From Ginglymostoma cirratum (Eukaryota): 64,000 nt of DNA. This document shows positions 41,301-54,559 of the stretch, in pieces. Every line of letters starts with the position of its first letter. Position 1 is the stretch's first letter. Location of the stretch: assembly GCA_024137785.1 (NCBI GenBank), contig JAHRHZ010000023.1, positions 35,322,801 through 35,386,800 on the forward strand. The letters are read 5' to 3'. The notes beneath the pieces are model-generated. The model ran no database searches. It was not told the origin of the DNA and saw only the letters and a list, made by a program, of their open reading frames with translations. Position numbers and translations under genes: made by a program.

Positions 41301-43579
41301 ATCTTCAGCTTAGACATATTGATATGACTTCGAGTTCAGGAATCACTTGGCAAAGGGTTAACTGAGTAAGCTTTGAGTTTTAGCAGCATTTGCTGTGGGA
41401 CTTGCTGTGTTGGGATTTCAAATTCATTTGCAACATGTGACATTCTGTTGGTAACCAGCATGCACTGAAAGTTAATTAATGAGGGCTATGTCAATTTCAC
41501 TGCACCATGTCAATTTGCAGAGAGGTAATTAATCACAAATTGCCCTGCTAGCAGCATGTAGACTACACAATCTGTACCTCATTTATTGTCTTTCTAAATA
41601 ATGTCAGCAATACAGTAGTGAAGAAACATAGCTTGGCTTTTATAATATTTTTTATTGAGGCTGCTGCACACATTGTAATAGACTGCATCCATAAGCAGCT
41701 GTAGTATAGGGAAGATGAATATTAAAGAAACAAATTAGCCTGGATTTATAGGCCATTTCTTTGCTGTTGTTGTCACTTTAGAGATTACACATAGAAAATG
41801 AATGATGAAAAATTACCCTTACATGCATGGTACTGTGATTAAACCAGTATGTTAATTGGAACTTTGATGTCAGGTTTTCATGTGCCAAGTCTGATAACTA
41901 GTCTTGCATTTCTAAATTCAATTTTAGTTTCTAAACCAGTTTTGTAACACTGAAGTTAGTGTTTGCTCCTCATTTTATTTTCGATAGCTTAAGAACTAAC
42001 AGAAAATATTGATAACTTAGGTACATTTCTAAACATATTAATATGTTCATTTCAATATTTAAATTTATTATATCAACAATCCACTACTGAATAAGCCAAC
42101 ATAATTACGATTTTAAAATGCATGGTATTATGGGTATTCATAAACGAAGCTTCTGATTAGCTTCTGATTAACGTAGCAAATAAATACATGGTAAATATAT
42201 TAAGTAGGTTTATCGTGTGGTAGATAAATCAACCGAGATTTAATCCAAGATGTAATATTATTTATAAAAACTGCCTTGCTTACATGACTTTTGGTTTTGA
42301 TATATAAATTGTGAATTAATTCAAACAAGTGAGATGATTTATTGCAACAAATGTCCATGAGGAATTAGCAGCATGTCTTTTTACATTAATTTTGGCCTCC
42401 AATACATTAAGGTGCTCCAGATCAAAATTAAGTTGGCATTAGCTCACACAGATTTTCATTACACATGTAAATGTAGCTACAATGTGGCTGAGGTTCAGGA
42501 GCGTTTTGTAAATCAGCAAACCAAACTACGCAATCATGAAGATGGTAGATGACCTTGAAGAAAAATCTGCGGTAAGTGTATACATTGGTACAAGGGGGCA
42601 ACTGCTTCTGGGGGACAGTAAGAGAGTTAAATTTTCTACCAGCAGTTTTACATTGAAGGAATATTGACTGCAGTTAATGATGATGGTGACCAATGGAGCT
42701 GCGTGAGCTGGAAATGCATATACCTCATCTAATGTTGTCTACTCTTTGGCAAATATCCACAAAAGGTGTAGCAACAAATATTGCTTGTTTTGGTCAGACA
42801 AATAGGATCTAACATATAGTGGTCAACATTGGATTACAGGAGGCATTTCTTTTCTCTTGGAATTATATTTTTTCATGTCGAGAATTCCTGGATATGTGTC
42901 CACATCAAAAGCTGGTGTTGCTCCAAAGAGTGACTAATATCACTGGTGAGAGGGAAGATAAATCCTCCTGTAGGTAGAATGTTTGCCATTCCATTGTAAC
43001 AACTTTGGCTCAAGAAAACTGATAGCATTAACTGATCTATTTCTGGCTCATAAAGTTGAACATCTGGATGAATTTTATGCTGCCACGTCTGTAAAATTCC
43101 ATTGAAGTGAAGCTTCTACAGGGCCCCCAGTCATTCTGTGATAGAAATTGTCTCAATAAATAGTTTAGGCATGTGGGAAGACAGGATCTTTTGAATGTCG
43201 TGCAGTTTGTTCTCAGAATCACAATTCACAATGATATACAAATTAGGTGTATAGCTTTAATAAAGAAGAAAATTGTCGTGAGCAAGGTGGACAAAGGCCA
43301 ACTAAAGTGCCTAATTACCTTCACTATTTCTCTGTAGTTAAGAACAACTGACAATAATAGTGAAAGAGTGCTATTTTCCTGTGTGTTAATGTATTTTATC
43401 CCATCATTAAGTGTAGAGCCTTCATAATTAATTATTGTATTCAAAGTAAATTTAACTCATCAGTGCATTGAATTTTCATTGGCTGAATTGACAAAGGCTT
43501 GACTGGGATTGAAGGCATAAGTAAACGTTTCATCACAGAGACAGAAAATTGTAAAAATCTAATCTACACGGAAAAATCA

Positions 43580-45030
43580 GCGAATTCCCAAAGTTCACAA
43601 TCTTCTGAATAAATAAAATTCTCCTCATCTTGAACCTAAGTGACATCTCCTTTATCTTTAAATTGTGTCTCCAATTATAGATTCTCCAACCAGGGGAAAC
43701 ACCTGCAATTAGAGTGTTGATTCCTTGAAGTATTTTGTGGGTTTCAATGGAATTAGCTCTCATTCTTCAGAACTGTAGAGAATACAGGCCCAGTTTGCCT
43801 AACTTTCCCCCAGAGGACAGTCTCTCCTTTCCAGGATAAATCTGGTGAACTTCAGTCACAGTCCCTCATGGGTAAGAATACCTTTCCGGAGATGAGATCA
43901 AAACTGCACACATTATTCCAGGTGTGGTCTAAACAAGCACCTTTTGCAATAAAGGCTAGCATTCCATTGTTCTTGCTAATAGCTTACTGCAGCTGCACGT
44001 TGACATTTAATAACTTATCGACAATGACACCTAGATCCATTCGTACATTTGCACCTTCCAACATTTTACCATTCATGAAATACTCTGCACATCCATTCCT
44101 TCTGCCAATGTTGGTAACCTCATTTTTGCTCATAGTTCATCTGCCATTGTTCAATAGTCTGTCCAAATCCTCCTAAAGCTGCTTTGCACTTGGCTCACAA
44201 CACACATTCTCATTTAGCTTTACATCATCTGCAAATTTGGAAAAATTACATTTGATATCCAACTCCAAATCATTGATATACACTGTGAACAGCTGGGGCC
44301 CAAGTTCTGATCCACGCAGTACTTCACTAGTCACAGCAAGACAATGCAGGAATGACCTATTTATTACTGCATGTCTCTTCTCTGTCTGTTAGCTAATCAT
44401 TAATCCATGTCAGTACATTACCTCCTATCCCATCTGCTTAATTTGTTGAACCAGCCTCCTACGGGGGACTTTATCAAAAGTCTTTTGAAAATCTTAGTAT
44501 ACTCTATCCATTGTCAATTTTGTTAGTAACATCTTCAAAAAAACTCCAATAATTTCGTCAAACACAATTTCTTATTCATAATTCCATGCTGACTACGCCT
44601 GATCGGATCATTATCAACCAGGTGTTTATTTACCTCATCCTTTGAGGCAGATCCTTGCACTTTCCCTGTTACTGATGTAAGGCTAGCAAGTCTGCCATTC
44701 TCTCTTTTCTCTCCATAAATAGTGGGGTAACGTTTTCTGCCTCCCAAAATGCAGGAATCAACCCTGAATTGATGGAACATTGAATGATAAACACTATTGC
44801 ATAGACTATCTCTACAACCACCTCCTTCATCACTCTGAGATGTGGGATCATAAGGTCCTGGGAAGTTACCAACTTTCAGCCCCATTAAATTCTCCAGTGG
44901 CATTCTTCTTACTGATGCCAATTTCCTTCAATTCCTCATTCTCCCTAGCAGCTTGGATCTCTAGTTCTGGGATTTCTAGTATCTCTCTCATGAAAACAAT
45001 CATAAAGTAATCATTTAGCTTCTCTGTTTC
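43580..45030 (-). mobile_element. CR1 LINE RT fragment
   Basis: Minus-strand ORFs contain LASLTSVTGKV..RSQHGIMNKKLCLTKLLEFF and MRANSIETHKILQG. An FADD-type motif lies at ~44220-44240. Confidence 0.88.
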
Positions 45031-45299
45031 CCACAACTTCAAGTGGAAGGGCAATTTGTAACATTCAAATGAGGCTGGGCATTGCTGTCTTGTGAACATT
45101 CAGTTATTTTACCAATATTTGGGCTTTGACTCCCATTAAAATCTCCCCCATTGTGCTCAGTTCCCCAGACTGCAAGAGCAACACACCTTTTCGGAAAAGT
45201 TGGTGACAGAATTACGAGAATTATCTCACTTTAAGAGAATGAGTTGTGAGGAAAAATAATAGCAACTCAAATTTCACAGCTTGTGAATATTTGTTGGTG

Positions 45300-46500
45300 A
45301 TTGTAAAGGTAGGGTTCAGTTCCATTCATTACTCCTCAGGTTCAAGCCCATATGTAGCCAGGGACCAGAAAACATTCAAATATAAGCCAGTAAGGAGCAA
45401 TGTTACACTTGTACTAAGCAATGACTACTTCCAATCAGAGGAAAATTTAAATATCTCCCCTTGACAATCAACAACATTGTCATGGCTGAATTCCGCCACT
45501 ATTAAAATCCTAAGGGTTATCATAGAGTCCCAGAATCCCTACACTGTGGGAACAAGCCATTCCTCCCATCAAGCCTGCACTGACTCTCCCAAGAGCATCC
45601 CACCCAGATCCACTCCCCTACCTTATCGCTGTTACCCTGCGTTTCCTACGGCTAATCTACATAGCCTGCACATTCCTGAACACTATGGGCACATTAGCAT
45701 GGTCTCTCCACCTAACCTGCACATTTTTGGACTGTGTGGGAAACTCACGCAGACACGGGGAGAATGTACCAATTCCACACAGACAGTCGCCTGAGGCGGA
45801 ATTGAACCTGGGTCCCTAGCACTGCAAGGCAGCAGTGCTAACCACTGAGCCGCCATGCCTCCCCAGAACTGACCTGGCCCAGCCATATAAATACAGTGAC
45901 TTGGAGCAGTCAGATAATTGGGATATTGTAGAGACCTGTGTTCTTTAGGATTTCTCAAAGTCTTTTCTCAAAGCGCAAGCCATAGGTGTGATGGATTATT
46001 CTCCATCTGCCTGGACTGGTGCAAATCAAATGATGTTCAAGAGTTAGACACCAGAAAGAGCAAAGCAGCCAACATGATTAACACTGAATTGGCCATCTTA
46101 AACTTTCACTCAGTCCACCATCAGCGCAAAGTGGCAGTAGTGTGTACCATATGCAAGAAACACTGCAGCACTTTGCCAAGCCTGACTCACTAGCATCCTT
46201 CAAAACCACACCTCTACCCCATAAGAACAGGAGCAGCAGGCACATGGGAACTCCACTGCTTGGAAGTTCCCCGTTCCAAATCACACAGCATCCTGGCTTA
46301 GAAATGTATCATTGTTCTTTCAAAATAATGTAGCCAGATCAAAATGATGAAATCGCCCTGATAGCACTGTGGGTATACTTGCGCCTGATGCACTGTATTA
46401 GTTCTAGGAGGCAACTGATACTCGAATTCTCAAAGGCAGTTAGGGATGGGCAATAAATAATGTCTTCATCAGTGATAGCCACGTCCCAAAAATGAAAATA
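45300..46500 (+). mobile_element. CR1/L2-group LINE 3' fragment interrupted by an HE1-like SINE
   Basis: ORF 45918 contains HSVHHQRKVAVVCTICKKHCS. The tail is GGCAGTTAGGGATGGGCAATAAA. The sequence resumes on both sides of 45520-45863. Confidence 0.75.
45520..45863 (-). mobile_element. HE1-like V-SINE
   Basis: Colinear with 10556-10898; head GGCATGGCGGCTCAGTGGTTAGCACTGCTGCC..GGTTCAATTCC. Confidence 0.9.
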
Positions 46501-46619
46501 ACACAAGAGAGGCGTAAGGTTAAAGAGAAGACCACAGCCAACTCCATAAAGTACTGTGTAGTACAAATACCTTACTGAATCCTTTGAGACACAACAACAA
46601 GAGAGAGAGAATGACCTAG

Positions 46620-47040
46620 AGCAATGCAATAGCTGATAGATGTTTAAATTTCCAAACAAATGTTGATTAGGTAGAAGTCACATATTAGGCTAATGAATGC
46701 AGTCAGGGGATACTTAGTCAGGGGACAGCTAGCAGAATGGATACAGAAGATAACACACTGGAAATGCCAGCAGGCATAATCTCAGGAAAGGGGAAGACAG
46801 AGATGAGGATAAATTTCTTTTGTCAGAGCGTGGTGAACCTGTAGCATTCTTTACCACAAAGGGCAGTTGAGTCATTAAATATATTCAAGGCTGAGACAGA
46901 CAGAAGAGAATCAAAGATTGTGGGGAAAAGGCAGGAAAGTGGAATTGATGATTATCGGATCAGCCATGATCTTATTATATGGTGGAGCAGGCTTGATGAG
47001 CTGAATGGCCTACTTCTGCTCCTGTGCCTTATCATCTTTA
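46620..47040 (+). mobile_element. CR1 LINE 3' fragment with an internal deletion
   Basis: GATCAGCCATGATCTTATT..GGTGGAGCAGGCTTG..GAATGGCCTACTTCTGCTCCT tail. Confidence 0.75.
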
Positions 47041-47682
47041 ATCGAGCCCCAGTCTTCCCAGAATTGTTACAAAAGTTATAAAGTTTATCAATGTACGAAA
47101 GTCTCCAATTTATCTGTCAGATATCTGTTCCAGGCTAGCTGAAGACATGGTTCTCGACTGGATGAGGACTGCCACTTATTGTAAATAAATAGATTCCAAC
47201 CACAGGAAAACAAGAATGAACTGTCAACATATGACTCTGACCCTTTCTAAAACTCACTTGCGCGCACATCAAGATAGACACATAGAAAAAAACCATTGGT
47301 GTTATATATGCAGGAGGAAATAGGAGAGCAGTTCAGAGGCTACAGTCCACAAGGTTCACTGAGATGATACTTTTGCTTGCTAGTCTTCAGTATTTCTCCT
47401 CCAGGTCCTTTTCATCTCTTTGCATGAGACCAAAGTGGCGTGGTATTTTGACTGCAAAGTCTCTTGGCTACTGGTTACAGCAGCTGGTGAAAGAAAATAG
47501 GCTGTAAGTGTTTTACTGGAGGGAAAGGCACACTGTCTACCCTTGCAGCAACTCGAAGGCTTCTGCCAGTATCATTCACACCAACAAGGTGTTCAGCTCG
47601 CCGGAGCTAATCAGATAATTGTTGTTAGGCTGATAGAATTTTGTATCCACAACTGATCACAACTGTACAAACTAATTAGCCA

Positions 47683-48752
47683 GAGATAGTAGGAACTGCA
47701 GATGCTGGAGTCTGAGATAACAAGGTGTGAAGCTGGATGAACACAGCAGGCCAGGCAGCATCAGAGGAGCAAGAAAGCTGACGTTTTGGGACTGGACCCT
47801 TCTTTAGAAATGGGGAAGGAGAAGGGGCCTCTGAAATAAATAGGGAGAGGGGGAGGCAGCGATAGGAGGTGGATAGAGGGGCAGATAGGTGCAGAGAAGA
47901 CGGACGTGTCAAGGAGGCGGTGATGACGCCAGTAAAGGTGAGTGTAGGTAGGGAGTTGGGATGGGGGTTGGTCAGTGAGGATGGAGGAGCAGATAGGTGG
48001 GAGGGAAGACGGACAGGTCAAGGAGGCGGAAATGAAGCTAGTAGAGGTGAGTGTAGGTAGGAAGTTGGGGGTGGGGGTTTATCAGTGAGGTGGGAGGAGC
48101 GGATAGGTGGGAGAGAAGACGGACAGGTCAAGGAGGCAGGTACGAGAGGGCGGCTGGTCTTGGAATGAGGTCGGGGCGGGGAGATTTTCAAGCTCGTAAA
48201 GTGCACATTGAGACCGTCGGGTTGTAGGGTTCCAAGGCGGAATATGAGGTGCTGTTCCTCCAGTTTTTGGGTGGCATCGTTGTGACACTGGAAGAGGCCC
48301 AGGATGGACATGTCGTCCAGGGAGTGGGAGGGGGAGTTGAAGTGGTTCGCAACTGGGAGGTGTTGTCGTTTGTCACGAACCGAATGTAGGTGCTCCACAA
48401 AGCGGTCTCCAAGCCTCCGCTTGGCCTCACCGATGTAGAGGAGGCCACATCAGGAACAGCGGACACAATAGACCACATTAGCGGATATGCAGGGAAACAT
48501 CCGTTTAATTTGGAAGGTTTTCTTGGGGCCTGGGATGGAGGTGAGGGGGGATGGGTAGGGGCAGGTGTAGCACTTCCTGCAGTTTCAGGGTAAAGGGCCG
48601 GGGCTGGTGGGGCTAGTGGTGAGTGTGGAGCAGACGAAGAAGTCGAGGAGAGAGCGGTCCCCCTGTCAGGCAGATAAGGGCGGTGAGGGAAATATATCCT
48701 TCACAGTGGGGTCAGATTGCAGGTGGCGGAAGTGGCGGAGAATGATTCGTTG
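47683..48752 (-). mobile_element. 5'-truncated Penelope-like retroelement (GIY-YIG endonuclease end plus 3' pLTR)
   Basis: The minus strand reads NCRKCYTCPY..NVVYCVRCS*CGLLYIGEAKRRLGDRFVEHLHSVRD..PVANHFN..EQHLIFRLGTLQPDGLNVHF. Flanked by a 13-bp direct repeat AACTAATTAGCCA (47670-47682 and 48753-48765). Confidence 0.92.
47881..48140. repeat. ~109-bp G-rich tandem repeat (about 2.4 copies) in the Penelope 3' region
   Basis: GC(A/G)GATAGGTG..GAAGACGGAC..TCAAGGAGGC units start at 47881, 47989 and 48099. Confidence 0.85.
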
Positions 48753-49409
48753 AACTAATTAGCCACTTGTTTCTACCAAATCTCACTTTGTAAATGCAGC
48801 CTGATGCCGGTCCATCGACAAATGATTCGTCTCCCCCATTACTTGAACAAAGCAGCAGTGTAAACATGGTTTGCGCTGAGTTTCAGTAACTTGCTGTCAA
48901 AAGGAGCTGCAACTCCTTCCACAGCATTGGCTTTCAACAGTTGTTTCCTCATTTGAGTCCACAATAAAAAATGCGAAATAAAAAGATGTTTCGAACAATA
49001 TCCTGTTATGTGACAATCCAGATGCCTTATGTTAGTCGCATGCAACACTTCACAGACTGAAAAAGTGGGCAAATGCATGGCCAATGCAGTATGATGTGGA
49101 TAAACGTGAGGTTATCCACTTTGGAAGCAAAAACAGGAAGGCAGGTTATTGAGTGAATGGCTGTGAATTGAGAGAGGGAACTGTGCAACGAGACCTGAGT
49201 AGCCTCGTGCAGCGGGCGGTAAAAAGGTAACTAGTATGTGGACCTTCACAGCGAGAGTTCGAGTACAGGAACAGGGATGTCTTGCTGCAATTATACAGGG
49301 CCTTGATGAAACACGCCCATAATATTGTGTGTTGTTCTGGTCTCCTTATCCGAAGAAGGATGTTCTTGCCGTAGAAATTGTAGAAGGTTTACCAGACTGA
49401 TTCCTGGAT

Positions 49410-49540
49410 TGAAAACCGAAAGAACTGTGGATGCTGTAAATCGGGAACAAATGAAGACCAAAATGTTAACTCTGATTTGTTTCTTCACAGATGCAGCCAG
49501 ACCTGCTGAGCTTTTCCAGCAACCTCTGTTTTTGTTCCTG
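49410..49540. mobile_element. Penelope-derived mini-element nested in CR1
   Basis: AAAACCGAAAGAACTGTGGATGCTG..GTTAACTCTG..CCAGACCTGCTGAGCTTTTCCAGCAA. The host CTGATTCC is duplicated on both sides. Confidence 0.8.
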
Positions 49541-49909
49541 ATTCCAGAAATGGCGGGACTGACATATGAGGAGAAGTTGAATCTGTTAGATCTATGTTCG
49601 CTGGACTTCAGAAGAATGAAGGGCGGTCTCATAGAAATCTTTCAAGTTCTAACAGGACAAGAAAGGACAGATTCAGGAAGGATGCTCTCGACAGCTGGGG
49701 ACTTCAGAACCAAGGGTCACAGTCTAAGAATATGGGATAAATCATTTAGCATTAAGATGAAGAGAAATTTCTTCTCCCAGAGATAGTGAGCCTGTAGGGT
49801 GTGCTATGATTTCAAGAAGGAGTCGGGTATAGCAGTTGAAGCTAAAGGGATCAAAGGATATTGGGGAAAAGCAGAAACAGGCTGTTGAGTTGCATGATCA
49901 GTCATAATG

Positions 49910-50308
49910 TCATAGAGTGCAGAAACAGACCCTTCAGTCCAACTAGTCCATGCTGACCACAGTTCCAAACTAAACTAGTCCCATCTGCCTGCTCCTGACC
50001 CAAATCCCTTCAAACCTTTCCAATTCATGTACTTATCCAAATGTCTTTTAAATGTTGTAACTGTACCTGGATCCACCACTTCCTGTGAAAGTTCATTCCA
50101 CAGGTGAACCATCCCCTGTGTAAAAGATTTGCACCTCATGTCTTTTTCTAAATCTCTCACTTCTCATCTTAAAAATCTGCCCCAAATCCTTGAAATCCTC
50201 CATCCTGGGGAAAAGACGACTACCATTGACTCCATCTATACCCGTCATGATTTTATAAACTTCTATAAGGTCATCTCACAACCTCCTAAGCTCCAGTGGA
50301 AAAAGTCC
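49910..50308 (-). mobile_element. CR1 3' end (different subfamily) nested in CR1
   Basis: ORF 49975-50160 contains FTQGMVHLWNELSQEVVDPGTVTTFKRHLDKYM. Confidence 0.85.
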
Positions 50309-50619
50309 CCATGATCATAATGAATGGCAGAATAGACTCGAATGCGATGAATGGCCTACTCCTTCTCCTGTTTCCTATGTTCCATGTCAAAATAGTGAAA
50401 AAAGAGGCAGATGTTTCCACCTGCAGAGAGAAAATGCTGGCGAGCATGCTTCTGGTAAATGCAATCTTGGGACGCTAAATTGATCCAGACATTGGCATCC
50501 TGGAGCCTTTGATAAAATCCAGTCCAGTGTGTGTGCAAATGGTGGTCTCAGTGCTGAGCTCTCTGGCCAATTTTGAACCTGCCAGTCTTCTCTCCACTCC
50601 ACTACACCCCTGCCCCATC

Positions 50620-50790
50620 CAATGCAGAGATGTATGTTCTGCAGTACGCACGAAGATGCGCCCACTGTTCTTGGTATTTTCTGACTGAAATTAGGACAGT
50701 CACTATGTTTCCAAATTACTTCAGCAGTTGTAACGTACATTGGGATGTTCTGAAGTTGTGAAAGGTATTAAATAAATGCAGAACTTATTT
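50620..50790 (+). mobile_element. DeuSINE/SacSINE-like 3' part
   Basis: ACAGTCACTATGTTTCCAAATTACTTCAG..GTAA..TTGGGATGTTCTGAAGTTGTGAAAGG..ATAAATGCA resembles the DeuSINE tail, from memory. Confidence 0.5.
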
Positions 50791-51240
50791 TTCACCAACT
50801 CAGAGCTAATTAGAGCCAGGATGATGTCCTTCATTTTGTTAAGGAATAAACAAATTTCTGCTGCTTCCACTAGTGAGAGTCCCAGGATTGGCTCCATCTC
50901 TGAATGGATGGTGAGAGCTAAAGGAGAATGTGATAGATATTAGAAGAAAGTTGAGGGTGAGAGGGCAATAAGGAGCGCAAAATATGTAATAAAGAGAGAG
51001 GGAGACATGAAAAAGCTTTGGGAATGAAAAATAGAAATTGTGAGAAAACACTTACAGACCGAGATAACGCAAAAGGAGCTGAGACCCTTTGTCTCAGTTG
51101 GTACAGAGCCCCTGAACAATCTTGAGTTCATTGCTGACTAGTTTCAGCAAGGTGAGACATAATTAAAGGACCTAACCCTTGTTAAGGCACCCACCTACAT
51201 TGCCTAAATTAAAGGCATATAAAATTTCACTGTTGAATAC

Positions 51241-51470
51241 TCTTGCGGCATGGTGGCAATGGCCCTACCCCTGAGCCAGGTGGCCCAGGTTCAAGTCCCA
51301 CCTCTGAATCTTTTACTAGAAAGTAGGTGAAAAAAGTTAGAATGTAATTATTGAATACTGTTGTAGTGCAGTGGTAGCATCCATACCTCTGAACCAGAGG
51401 CCTAGGTTCAAGTCACATCTTTCCAGGAGTGTGCACTAACACTCCTGAATGGATTGATCAGAAAATATCT
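51241..51470 (+). mobile_element. Two tandem tRNA-derived SINE heads
   Basis: GGTTCAAGTC box B at ~51288 and ~51405, each preceded by a box-A-like TGG..GG / TAGTGCAGTGG. Homologous to 17865-17970. Confidence 0.6.
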
Positions 51471-52139
51471 AAAATGTACCATGAAACCAAAGCTGACGCA
51501 GATTATATAGTAATTTGAAAGTCTTTGCATCGATTTTACTGAGAAATGCCAATTGCACCTCAGCGTTTTGGAATACCGGATTGTGGTTGGGTATGCATTT
51601 ATTCAGAATTAAACAGAAATAGTGCAAAATGTTGGAAAGGCTCAGTGGGTCTGTCAATTCATTTTCAAAAACAAAGTCCAGCTAACAACCAGGTGCAGGT
51701 CCTACCTCAAAACCAAGTGTGGGCAGGCTTGACCCTGTCATTCACTAACTTGTCACCCGATCCCCTGGCTAATTAAAATTTTTACTCGGAAAATATTTTT
51801 GTTAATACTCAAATAATGTGAATAATCAGTAGCATTTTAAGAAATAAAGGAATAATGCCTGTTCTTGGACAATGCTATCTTTCAGATGATACATTAAGCC
51901 AGGGTTCTATATGACCACACGATTGGACATATAAGATCACTCATAGAGGCAGCAGGATATTGTGCATAAACCATAAGAAAGGTTTGTATCTGAAGCATGG
52001 AAGCTGGGAATAGCTGTATAGCTCCTAGTTTCCCAGCAACAAGTAGTGAAATAGAAGTACCTTAAATTGCAGATTGTTCTGTTCTCCTTTCAATCTATTG
52101 CCAATCTATTTAATGGGCTTTCAAAGAATCTACAAATGC

Positions 52140-53140
52140 TATTGTTTGATTTAATTTAATTTATTGTCACATACCCAAGTACAGTGAACAGCTTTGTTTG
52201 TGAGCAGTGCAGGAATATCATAGCAAGCGAGGACATACAGATAATCGGGTGCGTGGACAGAGTGAGGCACACAAGTTACACCGCACAGGAGGTGTGTGAA
52301 GCAAGATCAACATAAATAAGATCAACATATTTAAAGTTAGGGATTCATTTCATCAGCCTAATAACGGAAGGGAAGAAGCTATTCTTGAACGTGTTGGTGC
52401 CAATGTTCAAGCTTCTGTATCTTCTGCCACGTGGAAGAGGTTGTAGGAGAGCATTACCGGAGTGGAGGGAGGAGGGTGGGGGAGTTTGATGATGTCGGCA
52501 GCCTTTCCGCAGCAACAGGAAATGTAACTGGAGTCCATGGATGGAAGGTTGACTTCCGTGATGGCCTGGGCTTTGCACACATCCTTCTGTCATTTCTCAC
52601 GTAACTGTGCAGAGCAGTTGCCGTACCAGGCTATTACGCACCCAGACAGCATGCTTTCTGTGGTGCATCTGTAAAAATTGGTGAAGGTCCTTACGGACAT
52701 GCTGAATGTCCTAAGCTGCCTGAGGAAGATGGGGCCGTGTTCCCCTCCTTGCTTTCTGAAGTCAATAATCAGTTTTATTATTTTGATAATGTTGAGAGAG
52801 AGATTGTTGGCATTGGACCACATCACCAAGCCCTCTGTCTCCTTTCTGTATTCGGACTCATCATTGTTTGATATCCATCCTGCCATGGTGGTGTCGTCAG
52901 CAAACTTGTAGATGGCGTTTATTCAGAATTTGGGTACACAGTCGTGGGCGTACAGGCAGTACGGGAGGGGGCTGAGAACGCATCCTTGGGAGGCTCCAGT
53001 GTTGAGGGTTATCGCGGAGGAGGTGCAGTTGTCTATTTTCACTGATTGCGGTCTATGGGTCAGGAAGCTAAGGATCCATTTGAAGATGACAGAGTGGAGA
53101 CCTCAGGTCTTGGAGTTTTGAGATCAGTCTGGAGGGGATA
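52140..53140 (-). mobile_element. Rex1/Babar LINE 3' part
   Basis: The minus strand reads WILSFLTHRPQSVKI..LNTGASQGCVLSPL..KFADDTTMAGWISNNDESEYR..IDFRK and FYRCTTESMLSGCVIAWYGNC. Internal deletion near 52730. Confidence 0.9.
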
Positions 53141-54559
53141 AATACAGTATTTTAGTTTAAATCAACATATGCAAATCTTTTACTTTAAAATTCTTCAGAT
53201 TCAGCTCATTTATTTGTCAGAAATACAATTTTCCTGATACAAACAATTGTCTGCCATCTGTGTTACAGTGCTCATAAATTTCTAGAAGACTGTGAGTATT
53301 GTTGTTTGCTCTGCAAAATTATTTCAACTGCATACGTTGCTCCATGTTCAGTTGGGAAAATAGTCAGCAGAAAGTTAGTCAATACCCAGAGTTTTAAAGG
53401 TAAGGGATTAAAAAGAGCACATGCGCCAGAATTCTATACAAAAATAGCTTTTCATTGCTGCACATGTATATGTTTTTTCTTCATTGTATGACTTCAAATT
53501 ACAACATTACCATAAATTAATCATTTATAACATGAAATGAATTTGCAAATCATACTTGCGGCAAACCTAGCATGAACAGCTTTTTACATAAAAAAGATTC
53601 TGTCAACTTTTCAATGAGGGATGGACCAGTTATTACCAGAAATCAGGCTGTTGCTAGTCCTGGTGCTTTGATAGTGAAGTCACATAGCTACCTTCCTACA
53701 GGCATATGGTGGTCTTATGCAGATTCTGAAGAGAAATCCAATGCTGAAAATAATTACCCAATAAACCAGTTGTATTCTTTTATGACTCGGAGTTTGAATC
53801 TACCCCCTATTGAGTGTTGCATCTGGCCTGCCTTAATCTGTCCTGAAGCACTCAAACTTTAATACTCAATTTACATCCCCTACAGATTTTCATATGCTCT
53901 TTCATTTATTCACTGTTGAGTTTTAAGAATTATCTATTTATTTTCAGTGCTTAAATCCAGAAGTGCCCATCACTCTTGGAAATTAGGAGGAGGAAACATT
54001 GTCACAATTAAAATTCATGGAAATTATCTTTTTTGGCAGCATTTCATTTAATATAGTTTGGTGACAATTTTGAGAAACAGAACTGAATGTTTCCATTAAA
54101 TCAATGCGGTATATTAGTTGGTGAACAACAATTGGTCTTAGATTTAGATGGGAGGGCATTTTAGTTTGCACTGAAATCGAACAGGCCCAGATCCTCATCT
54201 TAGATAAAGTTAATCGATCGAAGAACATTTTTTTGCATGGCTTGAGTGAAATGAATACTGTACGTTTATGAATACTATTATGTAACTATGCTCTTGAATA
54301 ATGCAAAGATAGAGATCATATGGACTATTTCTTCAGTCTTTTACCTTGATAATCTGTGTAAACAGGTATTTAATTATCTTTGTACAGGATAATAAATTTA
54401 TGTCCTGTGTCTTTCACAAGAATTACAGTTAATTGGATGATTTAGACAGATAATAGTTTAATTTGCTGATTTACAAACTTAACTACCTTGAGTGATAATT
54501 GAATAAATGCAACTTTACCTGACGTAATTTGAAGAACTAAAATGCATTTGTTCATTTCA

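Larger units (their letters stand above)
49060..50367 (+). mobile_element. CR1 LINE 3' fragment with two nested insertions
   Basis: RRFTRLIPG...MAGLTYEEKLNLLDLCSLDFRRMKGGLIEIFQVLTG. The tail resumes at ~50309 (CCATGATCATAATGAATGGC..CCTATGTTCC). Confidence 0.88.
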
